DNA of 64,000 nucleotides from Candidatus Marinacidobacterales bacterium (GCA_965226495.1 OZ245365.1:2080001-2144000), one strand, 5' to 3'. Shown: positions 38,614-49,060, counted from the stretch's first letter. The notes: generated by a model from the sequence alone, not told the origin. Program-made: numbers and translations.

Positions 38614-39543
38614 ATGGGGTCCCACTGGATTCTTCTGGCGTTCTTATTCGGAGTCGCCAGCGCGGATCAGACAAAGGAAGATGCGCGCGAGACCGAACGC
38701 CGCATCATCACCTACGTCAAGGAAAACTTGAAGCCGGGCGAGCCTCTGGTCTTGTCCGAACTCTACAACGAAGTCTTCACTTCTCCCGAGGAGCGAGAAG
38801 TTCTGAGCCGACTAAACGGTGTGTTTTTTCGAGTCCCGTTATACGTCATCGAGTATCAAGTCGGCCATGGCGGCCTTCCGACGCTCCAGGATATTTCGGA
38901 CCGGTTCGACTTCTACGGTCCCGAACAGTCCGATGTGGTGTTGTCGGTAATGGAGTCCGATCCACGGGTGCCGAACTTCATACGCCGGGATCCAGAAACC
39001 GGTGAGATCGTCGAAGTGGATATTGACAAGATTAAAGGCGATCCGCGCTTCAACAAGGTTCTGGAGCGAACGCTGTCGTGGGAGGGAAAACTGGCTCCCC
39101 CCGTTTCGGGAGTCAGTTTCTCCGACTTCGGGGGTCGAGAGTTGAGCCTCGCTGCAATGAAGGGCAAGGCGGTTCTACTTTACGTCTGGTTCACCAATTG
39201 CCCACCCTGTGTCCGCATGAGCCCGGAGCTCGTCGGCATCCAGGAGGAGTTCGCGTCACGTGGATTCACCGTCCTAGGCGCTAATGCGGATCGTGTACTC
39301 GGTTTATCCTATGACGATCAGGCCAGGGCGGAGTATCTCGAGAGCCACGGCATCAGTTTCCCGAACTTCCATCTGTCGGAAGAAGGAAGGGCGGCGTTGG
39401 GCAATGTCAACATCTTCCCCACGATGTTTCTCGTGGATCCGGGCGGGACGATCATCAAGTACTACGTGAACTATCAGCCGCGCGATGTGCTGGACAAAGA
39501 CATCAACGCAGTGCTCGTTTCGACGGCGGCCAGCGGCCAATAG
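38614..39543 (+). CDS. Exported TlpA-like thioredoxin-fold protein with extra N-terminal domain
   Basis: KGKAVLLYVWFTNCPPC, FPTMFLVD..G.I; signal peptide. Confidence 0.82.
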   Translation: MGSHWILLAFLFGVASADQTKEDARETERRIITYVKENLKPGEPLVLSELYNEVFTSPEEREVLSRLNGVFFRVPLYVIEYQVGHGGLPTLQDISDRFDFYGPEQSDVVLSVMESDPRVPNFIRRDPETGEIVEVDIDKIKGDPRFNKVLERTLSWEGKLAPPVSGVSFSDFGGRELSLAAMKGKAVLLYVWFTNCPPCVRMSPELVGIQEEFASRGFTVLGANADRVLGLSYDDQARAEYLESHGISFPNFHLSEEGRAALGNVNIFPTMFLVDPGGTIIKYYVNYQPRDVLDKDINAVLVSTAASGQ

Positions 39544-39582
39544 GTGCAAACAGCAGTCAGCGTAAATGGAGGAGGTCGAAAA

Positions 39583-40095
39583 ATGGGAGTAATAAAGGGA
39601 GTTCTCTTTCTTGGTGCCATGAGTGCCCTAATTCTTGCGCCGACCTACGTTCTTGGGCACGGGAACGAGCGAGGGGAGGCGAACGCGAATATCGAGGGTG
39701 GAGTCTTAAAAGTCGAATACGGCCGGCCCATGCTGAAGGGGCGTGACCTGATGTCCCAGATTCAGCCGGGCGCTTACTGGAGAATGGGGGCCGATAAGGC
39801 CACGACCTTCACCACCGAGGTCGACCTGATGATGGGAGGGGACCACAACATTTCCCACGGAGAGTACAAACTGTTCGCCAAGTTCGGAGGTGACAACAAG
39901 TGGTCTCTGGTTCTAGCCGAGGGCTCGGCGAAAGGAAAACCCGAGGGTGTGATCGCAGAGATACCGATGACGGTCATGAAGCTGGATGCTCCCGTCGAGA
40001 TGCTGACCATCAAACTGTCCGCTCAGGACATGCAGGGGAAGATGACCATAGAGTGGGACACCACGCAGATGGTCGCCGATTTCCGCACGTCCTAA
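39583..40095 (+). CDS. DUF2911 family exported protein
   Basis: VEYGRP..KGR, WRMGAD.AT, IEW. Confidence 0.75.
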   Translation: MGVIKGVLFLGAMSALILAPTYVLGHGNERGEANANIEGGVLKVEYGRPMLKGRDLMSQIQPGAYWRMGADKATTFTTEVDLMMGGDHNISHGEYKLFAKFGGDNKWSLVLAEGSAKGKPEGVIAEIPMTVMKLDAPVEMLTIKLSAQDMQGKMTIEWDTTQMVADFRTS

Positions 40096-40113
40096 ACGGG
40101 AATCGACACGGAT

Positions 40114-40989
40114 TTGCCTCGATGCCCGTCTGAGTCTCCTTCAGTCTTTTTCGAGGGCCCGGGTCGCTGCCGCACCCGGGTCCTCTTTCTTTTCTCCGCC
40201 CTTCTTGCTGGGTTTGCGTTCGCCCGCCCGGCGGCGTCACATGACCTTTGGGTGCTGCCGGGGAAGTTTGTCATTGCGCCCGGGGAAAAAATCCGCGTTT
40301 TCATCAACTCCGGCGACGATTTCCCTGCGAGTGATTCGCTACTCGGCCGACATCGCATCGAGAGTCTTCGCCTTCATGCGGCCTCGGGGGAGACTTCACT
40401 TTCCGACTTCGTGGTTTCCGGAGAGTCCCTGACCGCCGAGCTCCTCGGCCCCGAGCCCGGAACGGCGATCCTGGCTCTTGCGACTCGCGCCCGCACGGTC
40501 CGATTGCACGCCGAGGAGTTCAACCAGTACCTCGAGGAGGATGGACTTCCGAGAATACTGGAGCTCCGAAAGAAGTTGGGAGAGATGAACCGACCGGCGG
40601 TAGAGCGCTATACCAAATGGGCCAAAGCGATCCTTCAAGTGGGTGACCGACAAGACCGCACGTGGTCCAAAGCCCTCGGGTTCAAGCTGGAGATCGTTCC
40701 GCAAACGAACCCATCTACCCTGCGGCGAGGGCAGTCCCTAGCGGTTGTGGTGCTTTTCGACGGGCACGCCCTCGCAGGTGTCGAGCTGACAGGCGGCTAC
40801 GCGGGCGTCGCTTCTCGGCGGGTGAAGACGGTGACCGATTCGGATGGCAGGGCGACCCTGGTGATGGAAGAGTCGGGCCGTTGGTATCTCCGCACGATTC
40901 ACATGCTTAGACTTGCTGACAACGGTGACGACCCAGAGGCGATTTGGGAAAGCTTCTGGAGCACTCTCACCTTCGAGGTCTCACCCTGA
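40114..40989 (+). CDS. DUF4198 family exported protein
   Basis: Mature N-terminus HDLWV, ERYTKWAK, LEIVP..NP, WESFWSTLTF. Start uncertain. Confidence 0.78.
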   Translation: MPRCPSESPSVFFEGPGRCRTRVLFLFSALLAGFAFARPAASHDLWVLPGKFVIAPGEKIRVFINSGDDFPASDSLLGRHRIESLRLHAASGETSLSDFVVSGESLTAELLGPEPGTAILALATRARTVRLHAEEFNQYLEEDGLPRILELRKKLGEMNRPAVERYTKWAKAILQVGDRQDRTWSKALGFKLEIVPQTNPSTLRRGQSLAVVVLFDGHALAGVELTGGYAGVASRRVKTVTDSDGRATLVMEESGRWYLRTIHMLRLADNGDDPEAIWESFWSTLTFEVSP

Positions 40990-42044
40990 AACGAATACCC
41001 ATCGTTCTTCTCGGCTTCGGCAAGGTTGGACAGACCTTTGCGTCGCTCCTCGCCGAGCGGAAGGGTTTCAAGGAAGAAGGTGTCCTGCTCGAGTTGGTGG
41101 GGATCTTTGACCGAAGCGGAGGGCTAATGGGCGAGGGATTACCCATTCCGGAAATCGTGGCTGCGAAGCGCGCGGGGGCCAGCGTTTCGGCATTACCCGG
41201 GATTTTTGGGGGACATCGGGAGAGTACCGTCTTGGGCGGGCTGTCCAGTCTCCCCGAGTGGCCCGGAGCCATTCTGGTTGACGCCAGCCCGACCGACCCG
41301 AAGACGGGCGAGCCCGGGCTTTCCGCAGTGCGTCATGCTCTGGAACGTGGGCATTCGGTAGTTCTCGCGAGCAAGGGGCCTCTGGTGCACGCTTTCGGCG
41401 ACTTGGTGGCGCTGGCTCGCCGACAGACGTGTCAGATTGGAATTTCGGCCGCCGTTGGGACGCCACTACCAAGTCTAGAGACGATGCACCTCAGTTTGCG
41501 AGGGGCGGGGCTGCGGGGCTTTCGCGGAATCTTTAACGAAACGTCCAACCGTATTCTCATCAAGATGGAAGCGGGAATGTCGTATGAGGCAGCGGTGGAA
41601 AACGCTCGGAGTGCGGGCATTCTCGAGCCCGATCCGAGCTTGGACCTCGAGGGTTGGGACACCGCTTTCAAAGTGCTCATCCTGGCCCGTTCGTTTTGGG
41701 GCGCGGAGATTCCGCTCGACGCCGTCCGCGTCGAAGGCATCACCGAAGTGACCGCTGAGCAATTATCCCGAATTCAAGAGGCGGGGCGGAAGCTTCGCCT
41801 CATCGGTTCGGCTCGGTCGCGGAATCCGGGCGGCGACGTGGAGATTGGAGTCGCACCCGAGGAGATTGGTCCCGACGATCCGTTCTACCCGCTTGCTGCC
41901 GGTGAAAAAGGAGCCGAATTCGACTCAGACCTCATGGGTCGCTTCGTTATTCGGAGTGGTAAGGGGGGGCCTTTGACCACCGCCGCCGCATTGGTGAAAG
42001 ACATTCTGAATATCGCCCACCATCCAACACCGTTTGCCCTCTAG
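40944..42044 (+). CDS. hom: Homoserine dehydrogenase
   Basis: GFGKVG, ASKGPL, AAVGTPLP, GIFNETSN, EPDPSLDLEGWD. The true start may be near 40986. Confidence 0.8.
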   Translation: MGKLLEHSHLRGLTLKRIPIVLLGFGKVGQTFASLLAERKGFKEEGVLLELVGIFDRSGGLMGEGLPIPEIVAAKRAGASVSALPGIFGGHRESTVLGGLSSLPEWPGAILVDASPTDPKTGEPGLSAVRHALERGHSVVLASKGPLVHAFGDLVALARRQTCQIGISAAVGTPLPSLETMHLSLRGAGLRGFRGIFNETSNRILIKMEAGMSYEAAVENARSAGILEPDPSLDLEGWDTAFKVLILARSFWGAEIPLDAVRVEGITEVTAEQLSRIQEAGRKLRLIGSARSRNPGGDVEIGVAPEEIGPDDPFYPLAAGEKGAEFDSDLMGRFVIRSGKGGPLTTAAALVKDILNIAHHPTPFAL

Positions 42045-42263
42045 TGTCCTGTATCAGTGGAGCGTTGCCTAAAGCTCGAGGCCATTTTGTGGGCTGGCGA
42101 GGCGTGACGACGAAGTCATATCTGGATATTTCTACCGCCTTCCGCAGCGAGTCTGCCGAGCGGAGGGCTAGGCCGAAGGCCGAACTGCAACGAATGCCAC
42201 AACGAAGTCAGCGTGCAAAAGGGGCCGAGATTTAGGTGACGAATTACTGATACAGGGCACTAG
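42041..42263. mobile_element. MITE-like non-autonomous element, 223 bp
   Basis: 18-bp inverted ends CTAGTGTCCTGTATCAGT / ACTGATACAGGGCACTAG (1 mismatch), CTAG at both ends, further internal complementarity. Confidence 0.75.
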
Positions 42264-42266
42264 CTT

Positions 42267-43202
42267 TTAGTCGAACAGCCGGCCTTGGCCGTCCAGGGCA
42301 TCCTGGTCATTCTGCGCGTCTCGTTTCGAGGCGGGGGCAGTCGCTTCGGCGACCTCTTTCAGCACCGGATAAGCGGCGACCAAGGAGGCGGGGGCCCCTA
42401 CCTTGCCCGAAGCGAGCTTGGCCTTGATCTGGAGTGCATTGACCGCAGCCTTGCCTCGGAAGTGGTTGTTGGTGATCACGTAGGTCTCGGCGGATTCTTC
42501 CGCAACCTGGGAGATTTTGTCCATCCAAGGATCTAGCTCGCTTTCGGCGTACAAATAGTCGTAACGTGCGTCTCGCCCCGCGTCTTCTCGAAACCAGTCT
42601 TGGTAGTTTCGGCCGTGCAGGCGGACATACCCAACCGGTCCGGTAGCCTTTTGGGATGGACCGATGGAGCGACCGATGCGTGGCTGATCGATGTTGCAAA
42701 AGCCGATGTGTTTGTCGGTCAGGTACTCATAGAACTCCGGTTGGTCCCAAGATGAGTGGCGCACCTCGGTGACCAACGGATAGTCCGCGAAGCGATCGGT
42801 CAAGTGCTCGAGGTAGTCTCGGGAGTCGGAGTCGTTCTTGAAGGACCAAGGAAACTGCAGCAGCATCGCGCCGAGCTTCCCTGCCTCGACGAGAGGAAGC
42901 AGTCCGTCCTTGACCGCCTTCTCATCCGATGAAGAAGCCGAGCGGTCGTGCGTGAACGCTTTGTAGAGTTTCACTGTGAAACGAAAATGCGGATTCGCTT
43001 CACTCCGCCGGGCCCATGAGCTGGTCATTCCACGATGAGCGGGGCGGTAGAACGTACTGTTGACCTCGATCGTATCGTAGAAGTCGACCAAATAGCTCAG
43101 CGGGTCGAAACGCGGCGCTCGGTGGGCGGGGTATACGATGCCGTTCCAGTCCGCGTAGGACCAACCGGCGACCCCGACGCGAATAGGACGCGGTTGGCTC
43201 AT
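42267..43202 (-). CDS. DUF72 family protein
   Basis: GWSYADW.G..YP, EVNSTFY, QFPWSF, EVRH, YVRLHGRN, NNH. Confidence 0.9.
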   Translation of the reverse strand: MSQPRPIRVGVAGWSYADWNGIVYPAHRAPRFDPLSYLVDFYDTIEVNSTFYRPAHRGMTSSWARRSEANPHFRFTVKLYKAFTHDRSASSSDEKAVKDGLLPLVEAGKLGAMLLQFPWSFKNDSDSRDYLEHLTDRFADYPLVTEVRHSSWDQPEFYEYLTDKHIGFCNIDQPRIGRSIGPSQKATGPVGYVRLHGRNYQDWFREDAGRDARYDYLYAESELDPWMDKISQVAEESAETYVITNNHFRGKAAVNALQIKAKLASGKVGAPASLVAAYPVLKEVAEATAPASKRDAQNDQDALDGQGRLFD

Positions 43203-43238
43203 GAAACGGTGACTCCGACGCAGTTGTGGGTCGAGCGA

Positions 43239-43700
43239 TCAGCTGGCGATGAGCCCCAAAGACTTGAGCCAGAGATCGGCGCGCTCACGCGACCGGCCGC
43301 GATAATAAGCTCGCCATTTTTCTCGAGTCTCACGGTGCCGGACGACAAGATCTTGGAACTGGGAGCCGTCGTGGTCAGACTCGATCACCTTGGCCACTTT
43401 CGCTTTGAGCTCTCCGTCATCGAGCGATTCGACGAAGGCGTCTTGCTCCTTTAGCTCCTCCTCCAACGTGAGCTTGGGAACCGGAAGGTAGCGCTTTTCA
43501 CCATCGGCTTCGATCTGCCAAGCGATTTCCTCGGTCTCGGCGTCGACGTGGTCTTCCAGGAAACTAAACACCTTTCCGGTGTCCCGGTCCAGGTAGTAGC
43601 TGCGGGCCGGCGATTCGTCATCAAAGGCGACCACCAGTCCCTCCAGATCGATGCTAACGGATGCCATTTCCTCCTCTCTTTTCTTGTTTTGGGATTCCAT
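43239..43700 (-). CDS. UPF0158 family protein
   Basis: YYLDRDTG.V, acidic, W..Y...R......WL..LG. Confidence 0.75.
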   Translation of the reverse strand: MESQNKKREEEMASVSIDLEGLVVAFDDESPARSYYLDRDTGKVFSFLEDHVDAETEEIAWQIEADGEKRYLPVPKLTLEEELKEQDAFVESLDDGELKAKVAKVIESDHDGSQFQDLVVRHRETREKWRAYYRGRSRERADLWLKSLGLIAS

Positions 43701-43864
43701 TGGGCGCGGACTACCTCAGCTTATAGGCAGTTCTCTTCAATGATGGAGGTTTGGAGTTCGTCGCGGGGAGACATAACGGAAGTAGTTGCGGTGAGTAAAA
43801 ATATTCTAATCCCCGGCGGGAGGCAAAGCAAATGCGATATCGGAATCGGTCTCGCCGGCCTCGC

Positions 43865-44848
43865 TCAGAAGCGAATCCTGACCTGGTCTCCTTCCTGGAC
43901 GTGAATGGTGTCCACGAAACGAACGTAGCGTGGGCTGGTGCTCATTACGAGCGATTCTGTACGGGCTCCGTCGCCAAAGAATCGTAGTCCCTTCAACAGA
44001 TCTCCCGCCGTGACTCCGGTCGCGGCGAAAATGATGTTCTTGCCGGGGGCAAGATCCTTGGTACGGTACAGGCGGTTCGGATCAGAGATGCCCATTTTTG
44101 CCATCCGGTCTTCGTCGGACGCCTGGAGAACCTTGAGTCGCCCCACGATCTCTCCGTTCAAGCATCGCATGGCGGCGGCGGTCAACACACCTTCCGGAGC
44201 GCCTCCCGCTCCCATCACCGCATGGATTCCGCTTCCGATGACGGCGGCGGTGATCCCGGCGGAAAGGTCGCCGTCGGTAATGAGCTTGATCCGCGCCCCG
44301 GCCTGGCGAATGTCCTGGATCAATTTCTCATGGCGGGGACGATCCAGTACGACAATGACTAGATCTTGGACCTTTCGATTCAGGCGACGCGCGATGGCTT
44401 GCAAGTTGTCAGCGACCGGCGCATCCAGCTCGACCTCGCCCTTGCAGGAAGGTCCAACGACTATCTTGTCCATGTAAATGTCGGGTGCATGGAGCAGTCC
44501 ACCTCGCTCGGAGGCGGCCATCACCGCGATGGCGTTAGCAGTCCCCGTAGCGCACAAATTCGTACCTTCGAGCGGGTCCACCGCGATGTCGATTTCGGGG
44601 GCCCCGGCTGAGCGATCTCCTACCTTTTCGCCGATGTAGAGCATCGGCGCCTTGTCCCGCTCACCTTCGCCAATGACGATGGTGCCGTCCATGGCCACCG
44701 ACTCCATGACCCGCCGCATTTCCTCGACGGCCACATGGTCTGAGCCCTTGCGATCGCCTTGTCCCATCGTACGCGCGGCGGCGATGGCCGCCGCTTCGGT
44801 GACGCGGAGGAACTCGAGGGATAGATCTTTGGCGATATCGGCTCTCAC
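43865..44848 (-). CDS. glpX: Fructose-1,6-bisphosphatase class II
   Basis: [35 protein letters not shown]. Confidence 0.95.
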   Translation of the reverse strand: MRADIAKDLSLEFLRVTEAAAIAAARTMGQGDRKGSDHVAVEEMRRVMESVAMDGTIVIGEGERDKAPMLYIGEKVGDRSAGAPEIDIAVDPLEGTNLCATGTANAIAVMAASERGGLLHAPDIYMDKIVVGPSCKGEVELDAPVADNLQAIARRLNRKVQDLVIVVLDRPRHEKLIQDIRQAGARIKLITDGDLSAGITAAVIGSGIHAVMGAGGAPEGVLTAAAMRCLNGEIVGRLKVLQASDEDRMAKMGISDPNRLYRTKDLAPGKNIIFAATGVTAGDLLKGLRFFGDGARTESLVMSTSPRYVRFVDTIHVQEGDQVRIRF

Positions 44849-44893
44849 GGACGTCTATTTATCAAGGAATGGCTCGAATCGCAACAGGGGGGA

Positions 44894-45022
44894 CCCTCAC
44901 CCAGGCCCTCTCCCAAAGGGAGAGGGAGGAAGCCAGCATCGATTGCTTCACCCGGCGTCTGACCACGTGTATTGTGGCATGACGTTCAATTGACGCCCGG
45001 AGTCCTCCCAGAGGGAGAGGGG
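44894..45022. repeat. REP-like CCCTCTCCC-N3-GGGAGAGGG hairpin plus a degenerate second copy
   Basis: Perfect 9-bp stem at 44906-44926; a related unit at about 45004-45021. Confidence 0.6.
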
Positions 45023-45044
45023 TTAGAGGACGAAGAGACTAATA

Positions 45045-45887
45045 TTAGCGATGTTTCCAGACCGGCTTTCGCTTCTCGAGAAAAGCCCGAATGCCTTCTT
45101 TGGCGTCCTCGGTGGACATGAGCTGGTTGAGGTAGATCTCTTCGACGTGCTTGAGGGCATCTTCAAAGGGAAGGTTGACGACGTCCGAGACTGCTCTACG
45201 CGTGTAGCGCAAGACAGGAGCGCTGAAGCCCTTCAAGAAGTCGATCCAACGCTGAACCTCCGCATCGAGTTGGTCAGGGGCGACGGACCTACTGATGAGC
45301 CCGACACTCTCCGCCTCACGCGCAGTGAGCACTCTCCCGGTCAAGATGATCTCGAAGGCTTTGTGTAGCCCGATAAGCCGAGAGTAAAGAACGCAGGCCA
45401 CCGAGGGGAAGATTCCGACTTTGATCTCGGGCTGCCCGAGTTTTGCATCGTCGGCGGAGAAGCAGAAGTCGCAGCACGCCGCTAGCTCGCAGCCGCCGCC
45501 TAAGGCCATTCCCTTCACTACCGAAATGCTTACCGCCTCCAGCTCGATAAGACTTCGAAAGATGCGATGGAATGCCTCTAGCATTTGGTACGTTTTTTCC
45601 TCAGTGTGATCGGCAATATCCAGGCCGCCGGAGAACGACTTATCGCTTCCCTCGAAGAGGATGATCTTGGTGTCCTGCATCATGCCCACGGCGTCGATTG
45701 CGTGGCCGATCTCTTCGAGCATGGGGATGTTCATTACGTTGTAGGGGGGGCGGTTCAACGTCACACGAACGACATCGCCCTCTTTTTGTAGCTGGATGAA
45801 CTTGTAGTCTGTGGGGCCTTGGGAACTGGTGGCCGTAGCTTCGAGCCGTTCTTCCATGACAGTTCTCTCCTCAGGCACGAAACCCAA
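45045..45887 (-). CDS. Enoyl-CoA hydratase/isomerase (Dch-like)
   Basis: ALGGGCEL, GQPEIKVG, EGIRAFLEKRKP.W; ATG near 45857 is an alternative start. Confidence 0.85.
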   Translation of the reverse strand: MGFVPEERTVMEERLEATATSSQGPTDYKFIQLQKEGDVVRVTLNRPPYNVMNIPMLEEIGHAIDAVGMMQDTKIILFEGSDKSFSGGLDIADHTEEKTYQMLEAFHRIFRSLIELEAVSISVVKGMALGGGCELAACCDFCFSADDAKLGQPEIKVGIFPSVACVLYSRLIGLHKAFEIILTGRVLTAREAESVGLISRSVAPDQLDAEVQRWIDFLKGFSAPVLRYTRRAVSDVVNLPFEDALKHVEEIYLNQLMSTEDAKEGIRAFLEKRKPVWKHR

Positions 45888-46164
45888 AGGGGTTCACTAA
45901 CGAAGTTCTACGTGCGAAATACTTGTATTTCGTATCCTAGCATAGCGGCTTGTCGGCTTTCAAACTGGCTTGGCCCTGCGGAGAGGCCTGACCCTACCAG
46001 CTCGCGGCGTTTTTTTGGGGTAAGATGGGTGGCGGCTTCGTTTTGACGGGCTATCCGGTTATGGTAGAAAATAGAAGGAGATAGCTCCCCTGCCAGGATG
46101 AAGATGAGAGAGATGCGAAAGACGAGGGAACCTAACACGTCATCCAACCAAAACAGGCCGAAAA

Positions 46165-47337
46165 GTGTCAATCTATCTGGACTATAACGCCACCACCCCG
46201 GTCGCTCCGGAGGTACTCGAGGCGATGCTGCCTTACCTCCGGGAAGAATTCGGCAATCCTTCCAGCATCCACTCCCACGGGCAGAGAGCGAAGGCGGCCC
46301 TATACGATGCCCGCGAACAAGTAGCCAGCCTTATCGGTGCGAGCCCCAATGAGATCTTGTTTACCAGCGGCGGAACAGAAGCCGATAACCTGGCGATCCT
46401 GGGAGTGCTCGACGGGGCGGAGGGAGGACGCAATCACCTGATTACTTCTATGGTAGAGCACCACGCGGTTTTGAACACCATGAAGGCCCTCGCCAAGAAG
46501 GGCGTGCGGGTTACCTTTCTCAAAGTGGATCGCGCCGGGAAAGTCTCGCCTGATGAATTGGACAAGGCTTTGAGTTCGGAGACACTGTTGGTGTCGATTA
46601 TGCACGCGAACAATGAGACCGGCGTCGCGCAACCCATCGCCGAGCTTAGCCGACAGGCTCATGAAGCGGGGGCCTACTTTCACACCGACGCCGTTCAATC
46701 CGTCGGAAAACTCGCAGTCAGCGTCGATGCACTAGGGATCGATCTGCTTTCTCTTTCGGGTCACAAGATATACGGGCCCAAGGGAATTGGAGCTCTGTAC
46801 GTAAGAAGGGGTGTGAAGATCCGCCCGGTGTTCCGTGGCGGTGGGCAAGAGAGGGCGCGCCGTCCCGGGACCGAGAACCTCGCCGGAATAGTCGGTCTCG
46901 GTCGTGCCGCGGAATTGGCGGAAGCCGAGTTGCACGACGGTGCCATTCGACTCGCCGCCCTTAGGGACGAGCTGACGAGGAACGTTCTCGTCCGAATTCC
47001 CGGTACTCGTGTCAATGGCACCAACGGAGAGGGCGTGGAGCGCACGCCCAATACGGTGAACTTCAGTTTCGATGGTGTGGAAGGCGAGATGTTGATCATA
47101 GCCCTGGATCTCAAGGGCTGCTCGGTTTCTACTGGGGCAGCCTGCTCGTCGGGCACCGTGGAGCCTTCCCATGTCTTGATGGCGATGGGGCTCGGGTCGG
47201 AACGGGTGCAGGGCTCGATCCGGGTGAGTCTGGGAAAGTACACAACTACCGAAGAAACCGAACTCTTTGTGGATCTGCTCGAGTCGACGGTAGAATCCGT
47301 TCGCGGTCATGCTCGCAGTGGAGCACTTCGCGCCTAG
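46165..47337 (+). CDS. iscS: Cysteine desulfurase (IscS/NifS group I)
   Basis: YLDYNATTP, FTSGGTE, SGHKIYGPKG, STGAACSSG. Confidence 0.9.
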   Translation: MSIYLDYNATTPVAPEVLEAMLPYLREEFGNPSSIHSHGQRAKAALYDAREQVASLIGASPNEILFTSGGTEADNLAILGVLDGAEGGRNHLITSMVEHHAVLNTMKALAKKGVRVTFLKVDRAGKVSPDELDKALSSETLLVSIMHANNETGVAQPIAELSRQAHEAGAYFHTDAVQSVGKLAVSVDALGIDLLSLSGHKIYGPKGIGALYVRRGVKIRPVFRGGGQERARRPGTENLAGIVGLGRAAELAEAELHDGAIRLAALRDELTRNVLVRIPGTRVNGTNGEGVERTPNTVNFSFDGVEGEMLIIALDLKGCSVSTGAACSSGTVEPSHVLMAMGLGSERVQGSIRVSLGKYTTTEETELFVDLLESTVESVRGHARSGALRA

Positions 47338-47447
47338 TGCACTAACGCGCACGAAACAGTAAAGACCGTTCCAACTCTCAGCTCGTTGGGTGACAGTTTT
47401 CCGTAATTTTACTTAAATCAGAACCGGGAAGCGAGCGGGAGGAACAG

Positions 47448-49019
47448 GTGATGGTCAAGTGTGCTAAGTGTGGCTATGAGGGCGAGGGCGATTCCTGCGC
47501 ACGGTGCGGAGTTATCTTCTCCAGACTCCGACCCGGTACACCTCAAGGGAGTGCGAGGTCGGCCGGCCCACGGAGAACCGCTCACCGTCAACCCAAACCG
47601 CCATCAGCGCCCGCTTTTTCCTTCTTGAATGTGATCGTGCTGGCGAGCGTCCTAGTACTTGTCGGTGCCGCCGCTTGGCATTTCGTCGAACGCGCGTCTC
47701 AGCGGTCGACTGAGCAATCCCCGGTTGCAACGACCCCGAAGTTGGAGGGCGGGTCACTGACGAGCTCCGCCGACGTCCCGATTGGCGGGGAGATAACGGA
47801 ACTGTCGGGTGGGGGCGCGGTGCTTTCCATGCCCGGATTCGCGGGGGGGGAAACAACAGGCGACGAAATCATGATGCCCCCGGCGGGGGCCAAGGTATCA
47901 CTTCCGACTCTGAGTGTGCGAACCGTAACTGCGGCGGACATTCAAAAGGTCATCGACATTGCGGAGCAGCACCCTGGGGACGAGCGGTTTGCCGATTTCG
48001 TTGCCAAGGCTCATCTCTTGCTGGCGCTTCGTTACTTCTCCGAGGGTCGCTATCGAGAGACCCTCGCTTCTGCGTCGGAGGCCGAAGCGTGGGGTGCCGA
48101 GCCGAGAGACGTCGCGAGATTGAGTGCCCGAACGTACCTGGAGCTACAAGACTTGAGTGATGCTCTCAAGTGGGCTCAGGCGGCGCTTGCCTTTGGACCG
48201 GATCCAGATATGTACTCGATCCTGGGGAATGTCTACTACCTGCGTGAAGAGCTGGACAGGGCGATCGAAGCATGGCAGCACTCCCTGGCCCTTCGGAACG
48301 ACCCAACGGTTAGGGCTTCGCTGGAAAAGGCGATCCGAGAGGAGGCAATCGCCGAGAACTTCGACAAGCAGAGATTGTCACACTTCATCGTGAAGTACGA
48401 AGGCGAGACCATGGAAGACACCGGCCGGCTGGTGCTCGGGTCGCTCGAGCGGAGCTACGGATTCCTTAAGTCTCGCCTCGATTTCGAGCCTAAAGAGCCG
48501 GTGGTGGTAATTCTTTATGCCCGACGCGATTATAACGAGCTCGGAGGGCCCAAATGGTCGGCCGGCCTGTTCGATGGAAAGGTGCGCGTGCCAGTCCGGG
48601 GTCTGCAGAACCTGGACCGGCACGTGGAGTCGACGCTGCGACACGAGTTGACGCACGCGTTCTTGTACGCGCAGGCGGGAAAGAACTGTCCCCGGTGGTT
48701 GCAAGAGGGGATGGCCGAGTACTCCGAGGGCACGGATGCCAGCCAATACGGCAAGATGCTAGCCCAAAGGATCGACCAGGATGGCGACTTCGCGTACTGT
48801 TTAGTCGGAGTGAGGTGCGATGTGCGCCTGTACTACCCCGCCGCAACTTCGGTGGTCGACTACATCATCAAAAATCGCGGCATGGGTGGTGTCAAGGACA
48901 TCCTGAGCTTGCTCGGCGAGGGTTATAACATCGATCAGGCCCTCAACGAGGTGGTAGGACGGGACGAGATGGGTCTGATGAAAGAGTGGCAGCATTTCGT
49001 CAAAAGAAGATATTTGTAG
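47448..49019 (+). CDS. Zinc ribbon - TM - TPR - MA-clan metallopeptidase
   Basis: CAKC...CARC; TM; TPR; HELTH and PRWLQEGMAEY. Confidence 0.8.
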   Translation: MMVKCAKCGYEGEGDSCARCGVIFSRLRPGTPQGSARSAGPRRTAHRQPKPPSAPAFSFLNVIVLASVLVLVGAAAWHFVERASQRSTEQSPVATTPKLEGGSLTSSADVPIGGEITELSGGGAVLSMPGFAGGETTGDEIMMPPAGAKVSLPTLSVRTVTAADIQKVIDIAEQHPGDERFADFVAKAHLLLALRYFSEGRYRETLASASEAEAWGAEPRDVARLSARTYLELQDLSDALKWAQAALAFGPDPDMYSILGNVYYLREELDRAIEAWQHSLALRNDPTVRASLEKAIREEAIAENFDKQRLSHFIVKYEGETMEDTGRLVLGSLERSYGFLKSRLDFEPKEPVVVILYARRDYNELGGPKWSAGLFDGKVRVPVRGLQNLDRHVESTLRHELTHAFLYAQAGKNCPRWLQEGMAEYSEGTDASQYGKMLAQRIDQDGDFAYCLVGVRCDVRLYYPAATSVVDYIIKNRGMGGVKDILSLLGEGYNIDQALNEVVGRDEMGLMKEWQHFVKRRYL

Positions 49020-49060
49020 GAGACTGGACAAAAGCCTCGTTTCAGGAAATGATCTAGACC

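Noticed and set aside
45908-46171. 87-aa minus-strand ORF between the crotonase and iscS
   Set aside because: No motifs; it lies in a divergent promoter region.
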